A DNA stretch of 64,000 bases from Lama guanicoe (taxonomy: Eukaryota). A program made the translations under genes and the position numbers. Where the stretch lies: NCBI GenBank assembly GCA_013239625.1, contig MU054338.1, positions 1,118,001 through 1,182,000 of the forward strand. The letters are read 5' to 3'. This document shows, in pieces, positions 13,018 through 25,975 of this stretch. Numbering within the stretch: the first letter of the stretch is position 1; each line of letters begins with the position of its first letter. Below the pieces are notes generated by a model. That model made no database searches and was not told the origin of the DNA. It saw nothing but the letters and a program-made list of their open reading frames with translations.

Positions 13018-13095
13018 CTGCGAGGCGGGACATATTAGGACTCCGCGTACCACCCCGCCGAGGCCCCGCCCCGCCCCGCCCCGCCCCATGCTCAC

Positions 13096-13275
13096 TTGGG
13101 GAAGGCGTCGAAGCAGTAGGCCTTCTTGGTGTCTGGGAAGGCGACGCGCATGCCCGAGGTGAGGGGTGAGTGCAGCACCACAGCGGCGCACTCATAGCGC
13201 GAAGCCAGGTCCACGGTGGGCACCGTGCCAATGCTCTGCCCGTACAGGACGATGCTGTCCGGGCTGATGCCGTAC
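13096..13275 (-). CDS. ABHD17A: ABHD17A coding exon 3 (nucleophile motif GQSIG, Ser190)
   Basis: [63 protein letters not shown] boundaries; 180 nt. Confidence 0.97.
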
Positions 13276-15563
13276 CTGGCAGCGAGGGGGCAGGATCAGC
13301 CGTGACACAGCGCGCACACCCCTCCCACTGCCCGCCCTCCTGGGGCAGTCCCCCAACACCGAAGCCGTAGGACTAATACGGGAGGTAGGACCCAGACAGG
13401 TGTGAGGGGAGCTGGCCAACAGCGGCCCCACTCTGCCGTTTCTTGGACAGTATCTACTTGGTCACACCTGGGCAGTGCACCTGTAAGGGCCCCACCCGCT
13501 CCTCCTGGTCATCCAGCTACCCCCAACCCCTACACACACTTGACCAGGGCCACCTGCTTGGGGCCTTCCTGTCCCTGCTGTTCTGAATTGGACAGCCCTT
13601 TGTGGTTGCACTGGAAGGGGGCACGTCTTCCCCCCAAGCAGCCCTCACCCGACCCTCATCTACCCCCTTGGCAAGCCCTAGGGATTGGAGGCAGCTGTGT
13701 CCTCTGATGTCTCAGCCAGTTTGTGACCCCTCAGTGTCCCCTATACCCAATGAGGTGTTAGTACAACACAGGTGAGCAGGAACAGTGGCTCCTGAGGGAA
13801 AATGGGTGGCCGCCACCTCCTTCTCTGGGCTCCTTCCCTACTTAGTGGCAAGGTCCTGGGCCCCACTCGCCACCCCAAGCTCTCCTAGCCCCACACCAGC
13901 AGGGCTGATCCAGCTCCACACCACGTGCCCCTTCCTGACCACATGAGGACCACTCACCATCCTCCAGAGCAGGAGGCCTCTGTGGCCTTCCTCCCACACA
14001 CCCATGACCCTGATCCCAAAGGAGGCTCTCCCCTCAGTAGCCAGGGAAGGTCTGTATCTCACCTAGGCAGCCAGACTCCATCTCCCTGTCCACCCAGGGG
14101 CCATGTGCACAGTCCCTGTCCTCTATCCCCAATCCCCAGACACACCCCCAGGCCTCAGGGAGCCATCTGGTTTCATGCCTACTACTCTGGCCGCTCCTCC
14201 CCGGCCGGCTCCCTGGTTCGCTGTGAGCATCGCTATGCCGAGTCCCAGCCCAGTCCTATCAGCCAGCTCCAGGCAGGGACCCCCAGCTGCCACCTGGCTG
14301 TCTCCACCGGGACAAACGCAACAGGTGCCAGATGGTGCAGCTCTTCTTCCAGGCCTCCCCAGCCCTGGTCACAACCTGGACCCAAGCCTCCTGCCCTCCT
14401 GATGTTTCTCAGCTACTGGGGCTGAGGAACCAGTTCCCTGGAGGTCAAGGCTGGCAGCAGGACAGACAGATGGATGACAGAGCTCAGAGAACTCTCAGTC
14501 CCTCGTGAGGTGTGATTCTGCAGTGACCCCCAGCCAGTGGGGACAGGCTGAGGCAGCCAAGGGTGGACACATACCTGCACCGTGCCACCAAGCATGGGTC
14601 CCCAGTGCCAGGGTGGTGTCAGGGAACCCTGCTCACAGGGCCTGCATCAGGGACTGCTGGGGCATCACTATGGCAACCAGGGCCCCCGCCTCCCCAGGGC
14701 AGGTTGGCTTTGGTCCCAGCAGGAGCTGGTCGCGTCAGCTGGCCAGGCAGGGTGGAGATGGGGCAGCCAGCCCTGAGCAGGCAGAGGGTGCAGCCTCCAG
14801 GGGGGCAGGGGCTGGGTGGGTGTCCCTCTAAGCAGCACGGGGCATGGGGCCACACCGCACGCACTGGTTCAGGTGGGGCCACTGTGCTCGGTGAGCGAGC
14901 ACGAGGGTGGAAGGGGGCTGCCAGGGTCTGGATGATCAGGGCGGTGGGGTCCAGGGAAGGTGCAGACCAGACCACGATGGCACTGAGTAAGGCCTGCAGT
15001 GTGTGCTGGACACCGTGCCTGGGGAGGACACAGCCTCTGCTCGCTGACCTACCAGCCACCAGGGCTGTGCTGGGTACCAAGCTGCCTAAGTGAACCTTCT
15101 AGGCCCAGAGGAGCCCTGCCCTCAGGATGAGGCCACGATCCATAAGCAGCACCTGATGCAGAGGCCCTGCCCCACCCACCCTACCAAGTGCTCCCACATC
15201 CTTGGGGGTCCCCTGAGTCCTCTCACACAGGCCTCACACACCCCCTCCTGGGCTGGGAGGGGCCCACGTCCTCTGTCCACTCTTCTCCCTTCATTCTCCC
15301 TTCAGGTGGAGCCTCCAATGGGGACAGTGTCAGGCCCTGTCCCTTCCCCTGCCCAGGCAAGGCTTGAGGCCTGCCCGCCCATCACCATGCAGAGAGAACA
15401 TAGGCCAGGCCTTGCCCTGCGGCCCAGGGTGGCTGCAGACAGGCTCCCTCTCCTGCAGGCCCACCCGCCTGGGCTCCCTCCCTCCCCCAGGTGAGAGGTT
15501 CCACCTGGGCAGATCACCTGTGAGGCAACGCTCATCCCCCCCCAGCCCCAGCACAGAGCTCAC

Positions 15564-15758
15564 CGGGTGCGCAGGGCCTGCCAGGCGGCGTCGATGTCGG
15601 CGTAGAGGTTCTTCTCAGAGGGCTTACCCGAGCTCACGCCGTAGCCCGAGTAGTCGTAGGAGAAGATGTTGCAGTTGATGCGCGTGCCCAGGCCGATGTA
15701 GAAGCTGCTCATCTGGCCCAGGTCCACCGCGTTGCCGTGCGAGAAGAGCACCGTGTAC
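15564..15758 (-). CDS. ABHD17A: ABHD17A coding exon 2
   Basis: [65 protein letters not shown]; 195 nt; canonical splice sites. Confidence 0.97.
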
Positions 15759-16966
15759 CTTGGGCAGGGGTGGGGAAGCACAGGTCAGAGGGCAAGGGAG
15801 GGGCTCTTCATGCCCAGCACCCAGGAGTCCTGACGAGGGGACAGGCTGCCTGTGCCAAACAGCGGCCCAGCTCCTCCCAGTGGGCCTCAGACAGGGGATG
15901 GCCAGCGGAGTGTCAGGCTTCCCCTCATGAAAGGGGGCCACTGGGACCACTGGTCACATTCTTGGCACAGGTGGGCCCCTCTGCGTGAACTTGGCAAACT
16001 ACAGTGACCATCACACATATCCCCGTGGGCAGCAGCCGCCTCTCCTCTGGAACATTCCTTTGGAGGGACTCCGGCAGCCCCTAGGGATGGCAGGCACGTT
16101 GCCCACTGCTCAGAACCTTCCTAGAGAATGAGACAGCGCCTTCTCTGTCAGCAGGGCTGCCCCCCACTCTTGACAGCAGGCCCCTACTCCAGCCCTGACA
16201 AGTGAATGAAGCTGATCCCTGTTCAAAGCGGTGCAGCTCTTCCTAGACAGGGAATGACCACAGCCCTTACTTCTGCCTTGTGTCCTGTGGCAGCCCTGCG
16301 AGTTGGTCATGCCAAGAGCAAGAGACCAGGCTGGATCCAAGCTGATGGCCTCCCAGAGTCTTCTTCCTCCAGCACCACGGGCCCCGCCCAGCCCAGTGCA
16401 GACGGAAGGTAGAAGTTTGCCCTTTGGACTCAGATCTGCAGTCAGAACCCAGCCTGGTCTGAAGATAGAAGCATCAGGAAGGCCCCCCTCTGCCCCACCT
16501 TGGAACTCAAGAAATCAGACTTGGCACAAGCCACCAGCCAGGCCTCAGGTGCCCCTGCCCCAAAGCAGGTGCCGAGGCCTCAGCAGGCACCAGGGGCCCA
16601 GGAGACCATCCCTGGGCAGGTCAACACCGAGACCCACAAGCAGGCGGCTCCTCATCGAGCAGGTGGGGTGATGTGGCACTCGGAGCCACCTCCCCAAGCC
16701 TCAGGGTGCTGAGAGGGCCCCTCAGAGGGCTGCTTGTGGAAGGGCACCTGGCCTCATGGGCAGACCTCATCTGCTGCCCCTTCCTTCAGCAAGAAGAATC
16801 ATGGGGCACGCACACCACCAGACAGGCTTTCACTAGCCCTGGCCCTCTGGGGGCCACCACCAGCTGGAACAGGAGCTCTGAGGACAGAGCACACCCAGGG
16901 CCAGGAGCCTCCCGGGCGCCACCCTCCACCCTCAGGTCATGTCCGCGTGGCGGCCCCGAGGCTCAC

Positions 16967-17298
16967 CTGGCACCAGGCACGCAGCGCACGTACATGCAGG
17001 AGATGCGGTTGCCCCGGCTGCTCTTGGTCAGGAAGACCTCGACGGTGTCCAGCTCGCGCTGGCTGTACTGGAAGTCAGCGCGCTCCAGCAGGTGGAGCTT
17101 CCAGCGCCCAGCGGTGCCAGCTGAGGCCCGTAGGGTCCCCGAGGGGGCGGCCCCGGCCCCACCGGGCCCGGGATCAGGCTCAGGCACTAGCGAGTAGGTA
17201 GGCTCCGGAGGCAGGAATGCGAGCTTGGCGGCGATGCGGCCGGGGCAGGGTGGGCAGCAGAAGAGGCAGCAGAGCTCGGTCACTGACAGGCCGTTCAT
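16967..17298 (-). CDS. ABHD17A: ABHD17A depalmitoylase, first coding exon (palmitoylated Cys cluster); exon probably begins at 17503
   Basis: [35 protein letters not shown]...; donor CAG|GTGAGC. Exons of 332+195+180+226 = 933 nt give 310 aa with consistent phases. Confidence 0.97.
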
Positions 17299-20200
17299 GG
17301 CGGGCGCCGGGCCCCGGGGCAGACCTCGCCCGGCCGGGGAGGGGTGGGGGTGCTCGGAGACGCGGGCAGGGGGCAGGGCGACCCCCGGCCACCGCCCCAG
17401 ATGAGAGCCCCGTTAGGAGGCCGCAGCCCAGCCCCATCGTGGTCCAAGCCGAATGCTCGGGAGCCTGGCAGCCTCGTGTGTCCACGTCGTGCAGAGGGAA
17501 GTCCTGCAGGGGGACAGTGAGATGCAGGTTCATGGACTCCGAGCCCTGGCCTTCCCCACAGCCCACTCTACCCACAGCCTCCGGCCTCTGGGCCCAGCCT
17601 GCCCTCCCTGGGCACCAACACCTCCCGAGTGACCTTCGTGGGACCCAAACCTGACCAAGCCCCCGCCTGCTACCACTCTTCCTCTACCTGCAGGCACTAA
17701 CTCTTGCCATTTAAGCCCACTCATCAGCCCAGTTTCAGCCTGCAGGCTACACTGGGCTATCAGACCCGACGCACCCAGCTGTCCCCCACAGAGCTCCCGC
17801 CTGTGGTCCAGGGACACCGTCACCCCCCGCACCTCTGTCCACACAGTTGGCCCAGACTCCCCGGGGCCCATCTCATCTGCCACCCCCAGGTGACACAGCT
17901 CAGCCAAGGCAAGGACAGACTGCTGACCACCGGGACCCAGGAGAGTGCTCACAGAGCCACCAGCCCCGTGCAGGATGCAGGACGGCGACATCCGGAGACA
18001 GGAGCCCAAGCAAAGGAAATACAACAAACAAAGGCTTTGGAAACAAAAGCAGGACACACTGGGGCTGGGGACACCCGCTGCGCCTGGACAAAGGCTCTCT
18101 CCCCCACTGGGGCCAGGCCCAGGCCACAGAGCCTGGGCTCCCTTCAGCTCTGCCAGCTTAAGGGTCTGCGGCCTCAGTTTCCTCATCTGTCAGTGCAGAC
18201 ACCACTCACCTCACAGAGGGAGCAAATGAGATGAGGGGTGAGTGGAGGGCCCCACGAGGCAGAGAAAAACAGACATTCTCCCTTTTGCAGAATGTTGTGA
18301 AACATGCTCTGAAACAGACCACAGCTAAACTGCTAAAGCAACAGCAACCGAATACGGAGCTGCCAACAGAGACTGGAAGGAAATACAAAAGTTTGAGCAA
18401 AACCCACTCGCTTACCACGTTTTTCCTACAGGCCGAATGAGGGAGAGGGCACACTCACAACTCAGCTCCAGGCAGCAGAGCACCTGAGAATGTTCTGTTT
18501 CGGGGCCACAGCCTTTGAAAACCACCGGGCCAGGGACACTCAGATTCAGAGCAGGTCAGAGCAGTCTGAGGCCCAGACACACACCTGCTCCCTCCAGACC
18601 TGTGACTGGAGACCGAGGGCCACGATACGCCACATCCCACAGTCACCCGGATTGGGGCACACGGAGGGGAGTGGGAGAGGCCATGAAAGCTAAGGTGGGG
18701 ACACCAATGGCCTCCAGGAGTCCCCAGATTCTGAGGTGGGATATGCACTTTGCGTGCAAGTATTTTCAGAGGGAGAGTCCATCATACTGGTTCTCAGAGG
18801 AAGGCGAACTTGCCCGTGGGGACACTTGCCAATGCCTGGGGACTTTTCCAGTGGTGATGACTGGGAACAGAAGAGTGCAGTAGCATTGAGGAGGGAGGCA
18901 GGGATACTGCTCAACACTGCACAGTGTGCCAAATGCCCTCCTCCAAACTGAGGCTGCTCCAAGACATCCTCAAAGAGATCCAGGTGCCAACAGGTGACAC
19001 TCCCTGGTGCTCCAGGAGTTTGGGCGGCACAGGGAAGGCTGGTCTCGAGACGAAGAGCTGGTGAGAGCCAGTGGGCAGGTGGGAGGCCCCCGGCAACCCG
19101 AGGATGAACGGTCACAGCAAGGTAGACAAGGTTCCACTGACCAAGCTGGAAACCTGGATGTCATCTTTGACACCTCCTTCCACCCTCAGACCACCCTTCA
19201 CAAGGCCTGCTGACCCTACCTCTGCCCCCGACCCACACCTGGTACATGCCTAGTCTCCATCCTCACTGGTAGCCACCTGGCCACCATCACCCACTCCAGG
19301 CCATCCACCCCTTAGCAGCCGAAAGACCTTTTCACAACACAAATCTGATCACCCAGTCTCCCTTTTGGAGTGCCCCAGTGACCCCACTACTTTCAGGACA
19401 GACACCCAACTCCTCGCCACAGCCTGCCAGTCTGCAGCAGGCCTGCGGCCACCCTCTTCAGCCTCACTCATCTTGTGCCCGGCTCTCCCCAGACAAGCCA
19501 CACTGCCCTCTCCTGCCTCAGAGCCGCAGCTCACCCAGTCCCCCTTGTTTCACCAGACAGCCCTTGCCCCTCGTCCCAGCCACCCTTCAGATCTCCCTTC
19601 CAGTGCCCTTTCAAACACAGTCAGCCCCACCCCCTCGCTCATGATTCCAGATCTGTCTCTCCAGCTTATATTTACATGTTCAACCATACCCCACCCACAA
19701 ACCAAACAGAAACTCCATGAGGGAAGGACAGCTGTGCTTGCTCAATTAACGGTGGCAGAACGAATGGACAAAGGACCAGGGGCAAAGGGAAAAGGAGGAA
19801 GCTACAGTCTACCAGGCCTGATGGAGGGAGGACAGTCTCATCTCAGAGCACATAAACCTGGGGCTTCCCACTGTCTTTTAGGGATGTCACTGAGTGTGCC
19901 CTGAGAGACGGGCTTCAGACTGGACAGAGAACTCCCAGGTGCCTCACTCACTGGCAGGCGCCGCTGGCATCCGGAGTCCAGCGATTCCGTCCACAAGCAC
20001 AGATAAGGGCACCCCACTGCCAGGCTGGCAGTGTCAAGAGGACCAACAAGGAACCAGGCAATCACAATACTCCAGGACGACCTACATACGGACGACTGCG
20101 ACGGCACCTCACCCAGCCAGTCGGGGTGGGGAGCTGCCCGGAAGAAGATGCAGTCTGAAAGACGCAGGGAAAGTGCCAGGTGACAGGGAGCGGGGCAGAA

Positions 20201-20399
20201 GGGACAGCACAGGCCAACCCCAGAGGAGACAGCAAGTTCGAGGCACTGCGGGTCCCGCGACAGAGGGACACTGGGAGGAAGAGGTGAGTGGCCTGGTGCT
20301 GGAGAAAGGCTGGATTGGGCCGCGCCCGTGAGCCCTGATGCAGAGTTTGGACTTCATCGTGGGGGAAGCGGGGAGCCCTGGAGGAGTCCTGGGCGCGGG

Positions 20400-21150
20400 G
20401 TAGGCGCGGGCCCCAAGGGTGAAGGGCTGTGGACGTTCTCTGGCTCAAGCCTGGAGATGGGACTGTAAACCTGGCCCGGTGTCCCAGCCGGCCGGAGGAC
20501 GCCTGCGAAAGGGCAGAAATGTCTTGGAGACGTTTAGGAAGCAGGGCTCGGCTCCGGCTGCTGCGGCGGGCCCGGGTCCGGATGGGGGAAAGTTCGGGGG
20601 CCGGGGCAGAGTCCGCGGCTTGGACGGTGCACTCCCCCAAGGCGGGGCCGCGTCCCTGAGGCGGGCGCACACCCCACGTCGCAGGGCTGAACGGACGGCG
20701 GACCGGGCTCCGCCAGAGTCGGAGACACTGTCCCGCGGCCCCCGCTCCGGACGGCGGACACTCCGGGAGTGCGGGGTCTCGGGGACGTCTGGCCGGACTG
20801 CCCGGCCTCGCGGCCCGGCCCGGCTCCCCAAACGGCCGAGGGAGGCACCAAGACCTACCCGCGCCGCCGCGCCCCCCCGCCTGCCACTCACCGCCGCAGC
20901 CCGCGCCCCCCGGCCCCAGGGCCGCGCTCCATGGCTCCCGGCCGCCCGCCCGTGCGTCTGTCGGTCCCCCCGCGCCCCTGCCGGCTCTCCTGCGCCGCCG
21001 CCGCCGCCGCTCCCCCGCGGGCGGAAGTGAGCTTTACTCCCGCCACCGCCCCGGAAGTGACGCTCAGGTGCGCACGGGGGCCGAGCGGGCGGAGGTCGGG
21101 GCCGGGATGGGGGCGGGGCTAGTCCGGTGGGCGTGACCGATCGTGGAGTG
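20400..21150. promoter_or_regulatory. ABHD17A: ABHD17A CpG-island promoter with two ETS sites, one an ETS/half-CRE composite
   Basis: GCGGAAGTGA at 21021-21030; CCGGAAGTGACGC at 21051-21063; GGGGCGGGGC GC box near 21110. Confidence 0.8.
20892..21020 (-). other. ABHD17A: ABHD17A non-coding exon 1 (5' end approximate)
   Basis: GCG|GTGAGT donor at 20892/20891 inside the CpG island; matching acceptor cccctgcag at 17504. Confidence 0.75.
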
Positions 21151-21223
21151 GGTGGGGCCCTGGCTTCAGGTTCCAGCCCAGGTTGTCGGGAGTGGAGATT
21201 CAGAACCGTTCCTTCACTCCTTG

Positions 21224-21562
21224 CAGGGCCAGCACCAGGGTGAGGCACGTGAGGCAGTATCCTGGGAAGCAAGATTTACAGGATCCCATAAAACTCAGTT
21301 ATCAAGATTAAAAAAATTTTAATGCACTACTTAAAAAAAAAAACACCAAAATTTTACTGAAACCAGCCCCCTGACTGGGGTAAGGGAAGTGATCCTGCCT
21401 TTATTTAAAATCTGGCTATTTCGTTCATCACGGATTCTTTTGCACTGGTTTTGGCTTTTTACTAATGCATTAAAATATTATGGGTCTTACTGGCTGAATT
21501 TTTTGGTATTCCTTAAATGTCCTAAGGCGAGTGCCCCGCCCTGCTCACCCTAGTCACACTGG
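21224..21562 (+). mobile_element. hAT DNA transposon remnant (MER96B-like)
   Basis: Imperfect terminal inverted repeats cagggccagcaccagggtgaggca ... tgctcaccctagtcacactggc around an AT-rich interior. Confidence 0.55.
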
Positions 21563-23636
21563 CTCAGTTCACACCGCCGGGAGGGAGGCAGCTCTTACAG
21601 AGCTGAGAGCAGAGGAGATGGATTAGGATGAGGCTTGGGAGCACAGTGGGGAGGGTGGCCGAAGGTGACCCGGGAACCTCTTTGAGGCTGGGCACAGAGG
21701 CCAGTGACAGGGACAGAGGCAGGAAGGCTGCAGAGGGGCCTAGCCTGAGGCAGGCTGGTGAGTTAGCAGGACAGCCTCACCCTTCCACTGCCTGCACGCC
21801 TATTCCAGCTCAAAAGCCGCCCCACCCCTAGTAGGAAGCCCCAGCCCCCTCTCCTCCCCAGGGAGTCTAATCTTCGGCCTCATTTGCACAGATAAGCCAA
21901 CCCTCCCCCAGGGCCCCATTGCTAGGGGCAGCTGCCAGGAGAGAACACAGGCTCAGGGGTGGACACTGCCCAGGGCTGGTTTCCAGCCAGTTCCTCCAGC
22001 CCCCGGTGCAGGGCTCCGCTGCCACCTCCCATAGCTGTGTGCCCAGGGGCTGTCGAGGGGTGCCCAGAGTCCCCCTGCCTCTGCTGCCCCTGTCAAGGCT
22101 CCCAGTGTCAGCTGTTCTCCCGAGGTCCAAAGGTCACAACTAGGCTAGGCTCCTTCCAATTTCCTTGAACCAGAGCAGGAAGAGGACTGCCTGCAACCTC
22201 CCTAACCCCTTCCCTCTCTTCCTCTAGGCTGGAAAAGGCCTGAGCTGTGGCTGCATCGCTTGGGAGAGCCAGCTCCACCAGGACCAACATCCCCAAGGAG
22301 AACACTGCAGAGGGGCGGCGGGCCCAGGAGGTGAGGACAGGCTCAGTCCCCGCTCAGATGTGGCCTGTTCCATCCTCACCAAGTTCCACCACTGACCAGA
22401 GTGTGCTCTAGAAGGATGAATGCCCCAATGTCTCAGAAGACCCCTCTCTCCTCCCCCCTCCAAAGCTCCTGCTAGGTATAGCCCTGAAGCTGCCGGCCCA
22501 TTTTCCCTACTTCTCCTCCCACCGCCTTCACTTGCCCCTGCCCTCTCTGTCCTAGTTAAGCTTGCCTTGCCAAGTTTGTTGCTACCTCATGGCCTTTGCA
22601 TGAGCTGTGCCTCCTGCCTGGAGTACCTTGCACCCACATAGATACATGGCCAACTCCTCCTCATCTTCAGGACCCCACTCAAATATCACCTCCTCACAAA
22701 GCCCTCCCTGAGCACTCCCAGCCAAAGTCCCTACCACACCCTATTTATTTCCAACATAGAACTTGCCATCTGGTCATTTTATTGAATTGTTTCCTTGGTT
22801 ATCATCTGTCTTCCCTGTATTTTATGAACTCCAGTCTCCTTGGGGCAGAGACCCAGGCTCTTGTCCACTATGTCCCCAGCTGTCCTCCATGCTGTCTAAT
22901 GAACAATGGGTTCACAACACACACAGGAGGAAGAGGATTCTTAACCCAGAAGAAGGCTTTCAGGAGGATGGACGGAGGCTCCATGAGCATTTGGGTGCCA
23001 CCAGCACATACCTCAGGCCGGTGGGACATTGTGCTTTTCCTTCTCTCCTGACCTGAGACACCCAACCCATCAGGAAAATAACTTGACCACAGGAACCAAT
23101 GGTCTTAAAAGTATTCCCACCGGGAGCCACATCGTCCAATATGGAAGCCATCAACACCCCCACCCCTGCCCCGTAGGGCTATTTAAATTTGAATGAGTTG
23201 ACTAAATAAGATTTAAATTTCACTTCTCCAGTTGCAATGGGCTCATTTCAAGTGCCCACAAGCCAAGTGGGGCTGGCTGCTGCTATCTGGGATGGCACCG
23301 ATGGAGAATAAATCCATCAGGGAAAGTTCTAGAAGCAACAGGCTAGTCTGTGAGCGCCAAGAGGAAAGGCATCGGTATCTGTGTCCTTTCTGTTCCCAGC
23401 TGTGTCCTGACGCCCAGCTTGGGGCTTAGCATTCAGTAGGCACTCAATAAATGTTTGAAGAAGAGACGTAGGAAGAGAGGAAAGAAGGAATTCTTCTAAA
23501 AATCTAAGTTAATAGTATGGTGAAAGCTTCACGTTCTGTCCATAGATGTCCATCCCTGCCTTATTTCCAAAAGTGAAAAGAGAAAAATAGCCTCAGAGTG
23601 GCGAGAGGAGACTGGATTAAAAGATCATGGTTGACT

Positions 23637-24046
23637 GTTGTTGCTGTTGTTGTTAATAATTAAAGTATAATTGCTTTACAATGTTGTGTTAGTTTCTGGT
23701 GTACAGCAGCGTAATCCGGTTATACATGTATACATTCTTTTTCATGTTCTTTTCCATTATAGGTTGTTACAAGATGTTGAATATAGTGTATAGTGCTACT
23801 CACTAGGACTTTGTTGTTTATCTGCTTTATATACAGCAGTTTGTATCTGTTAAACCCAAACTCTTAATTTATCCCTCCCACCCCACTTTCCCTCTAGTAA
23901 CCGTAAGTTTGTTTTCTATGTCTGTGACTCTGTTTTGTAAGTAAGTTTATTTGTTTCATATTTTAGATTCCACAGATAAGTGATGTCATATGATATCTGT
24001 CTTTCTCTGTTTGACTTACTTCATTTAGCATGACAATTTCTAGGTC
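23637..24046 (-). mobile_element. 5'-truncated L1 3' end with probable target-site duplication
   Basis: Typical L1 tail (tttacaatgttgtgttagtttctggtgtacagc...ttttagattccacagataagtgat); flanked by catggttgact (23626) and cacggttgact (24047). Confidence 0.75.
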
Positions 24047-24401
24047 CACGGTTGACTTTTTTTCCCCATGGTTAACTCTTGATGAAAAAAAAATGCAGCT
24101 GAGGTATGGAGACCGATACAACAAGGCTATTGGTCTTTTTTTTTTTAAATAGTTTTACTTTAATGTTTTTATGGGAAATGTATAACATGGTTCAAAATTC
24201 AAAGGGTCTAAAAGGCTGTGCATAAAACATCTCTTCCCCTACCCTGTTTGCCAGGAAACAGGTGGCCCCATCTCAAGGTAGCCAGTATTGCCAGTTGCTC
24301 CAGATTTGATGCCAGGAAACCCAGGCACCTGTCTTCACCTGTGAGCAGGTGTAAAGAGACCTTCTCCACTTTTTATTTTTATGTTTTAAACACACATCAT
24401 G

Positions 24402-24551
24402 GGAGGGAAGGTATAACTCAAGTGGTAGAGCACATGCTTAGCATGCATGAGGTCCTGGGTTCAATCCCCAGTACCTCATCTAAAAATAAGTAAATAAATA
24501 GACTTAATGACCTCCCTCCACAAAAAATAAATAATTTTTTTTAATTAAAAA
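24402..24551 (+). mobile_element. tRNA-derived camelid-type SINE (Vic-1-like) with 14-bp TSD
   Basis: A box (taactcaagtggtag), B box (ggttcaatcc), A-rich tail; AAACACACATCATG at 24388-24401 and 24552-24565. Confidence 0.85.
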
Positions 24552-24565
24552 AAACACACATCATG

Positions 24566-24725
24566 ATTCTTCTGTACAGCACAGGGAACTATATTCAATA
24601 CCTTGTAATAACCTTTAATAAAGAAGAATATGAAACTAAATATATGTATGTATACGCATGGCTGGGACATGGTGATGTATACTAGAAATTGACACATTGT
24701 AATGGACTATACTTCAATTAAAAAG
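24566..24725 (+). mobile_element. Short L1 3'-terminal fragment
   Basis: cagcacagggaactatattcaata...gaaattgacacattgtaa...tcaattaaaa; closely similar to the copy at 27845-28116. Confidence 0.75.
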
Positions 24726-24971
24726 AAACACTCTAAAAAAAACCACACAGACATTATAGCTTTCAAAAACACTGTACTGATAGTCATGTCTTCCACCTTG
24801 GCCCATCTTGGGGTCCTCTCACACAGCCCCCCAGGGGGTCTCAGTCCCCTCTCGATGACACACACGTAGCAGACTGTTCCCGCTGTAGGGGGATGACAAG
24901 AGCATGTGGGGGCATTTCCCACCCGTGGGCAGGACTTGTGGGGAAGACTTTAGAAAGTACAGGATTATTTG

Positions 24972-25094
24972 TCTTTTGCGGGGGTAATTAGGTTTATTTA
25001 TTTATTTTATTAAACGGAGGTACTGAGGATTGAATCCAGGACCTCGTGAATGCTAAGCACACACTCTACCACTGAGCTATACCCTCCTCCCCCC
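24972..25094 (-). mobile_element. Vic-1-like SINE
   Basis: Reverse complement of the SINE head, with tail ggggtaattaggtttatttatt. Confidence 0.85.
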
Positions 25095-25399
25095 AGGGCA
25101 GTCTAATGAAAAGATCCACCTACCACATCCAGGAAATAGAGTGAGCCTAGCTCCCCCTGAAAGAAGACACGCCACAGTGGGAACGCGAGGACGCTGGGGG
25201 TTAAGGATGCGGGAGGACTTTTTCTCATCAACTTTGATGAAAATTCTGAGTTCATGTCAGTTTTGTTGGGCAAAGGATGTTTCACCTTTAGGATCAGCCA
25301 GAAGCTGAAATAAAACTAGAGGTTTAAATAAAAACTGACCATTAAAAATTAATGTTTGTGCTTATCCATACAAACCAGAAAAATCTGAAACAGTGTCAA

Positions 25400-25975
25400 A
25401 CAGAATCCTGTACATGAATGTTCACAGCAGCCAAGCGTAGAAGCCACCCAAGTGTCCACCAAAGGATGAACAAAATGTGGTCCATCTGCACACTGGAGTG
25501 TGATCCAGCCTTATAAAGGAAGGAAATTCTAGGAGGATGCTAATAGCTTAGTGGTAGCATGCATGCTTAGCATGCAGGAGGTCCAGTGTTCAATCCCCAG
25601 TACCTCCATTAAAAAAAAAAAAGAAGGAGATTCTGACACTGGCTACAATACAGATGATGGATGAACCTTGAGGACATGATCCTCAGGGAGAGAAACAGAC
25701 ACAGAAGGACAGATACTGTCTGATCCCACTCACAGGAGGTCCCTGGAAGAGTCACATCAGATGGTGGGGCCAGAGCTGGGGGAGGGGGTCGGGAGTCAGT
25801 GTTTCATGGGGACAGAGTTTCAACTTGGGAAGATAAGAAAGTTCTGGAGATGATGGTGGGGAGGGTCACACAACAGGGTGAATATGTTTAATGCCACTGA
25901 GCTGTGCTCTTAAAAATGGTTGAGACAGTGAGTCTTGCGGTGTATTTTACCACAATAAAAATAAATAAATAAAAC
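25400..25975 (+). mobile_element. L1MB-like 3' end interrupted by a Vic-1-like SINE (25531-25620)
   Basis: L1 motifs (acccaagtgtcca, aaaatgtggtccat, gaaagttctggagatg, ttttaccacaataaaa); SINE flanked by aaggaaattct / aaggagattct. Confidence 0.75.

Noticed and set aside
24402..24480. tRNA-like sequences with A and B boxes (about a dozen copies)
   Set aside because: A-rich tails, TSDs and degenerate stems identify them as SINEs, not tRNA genes.
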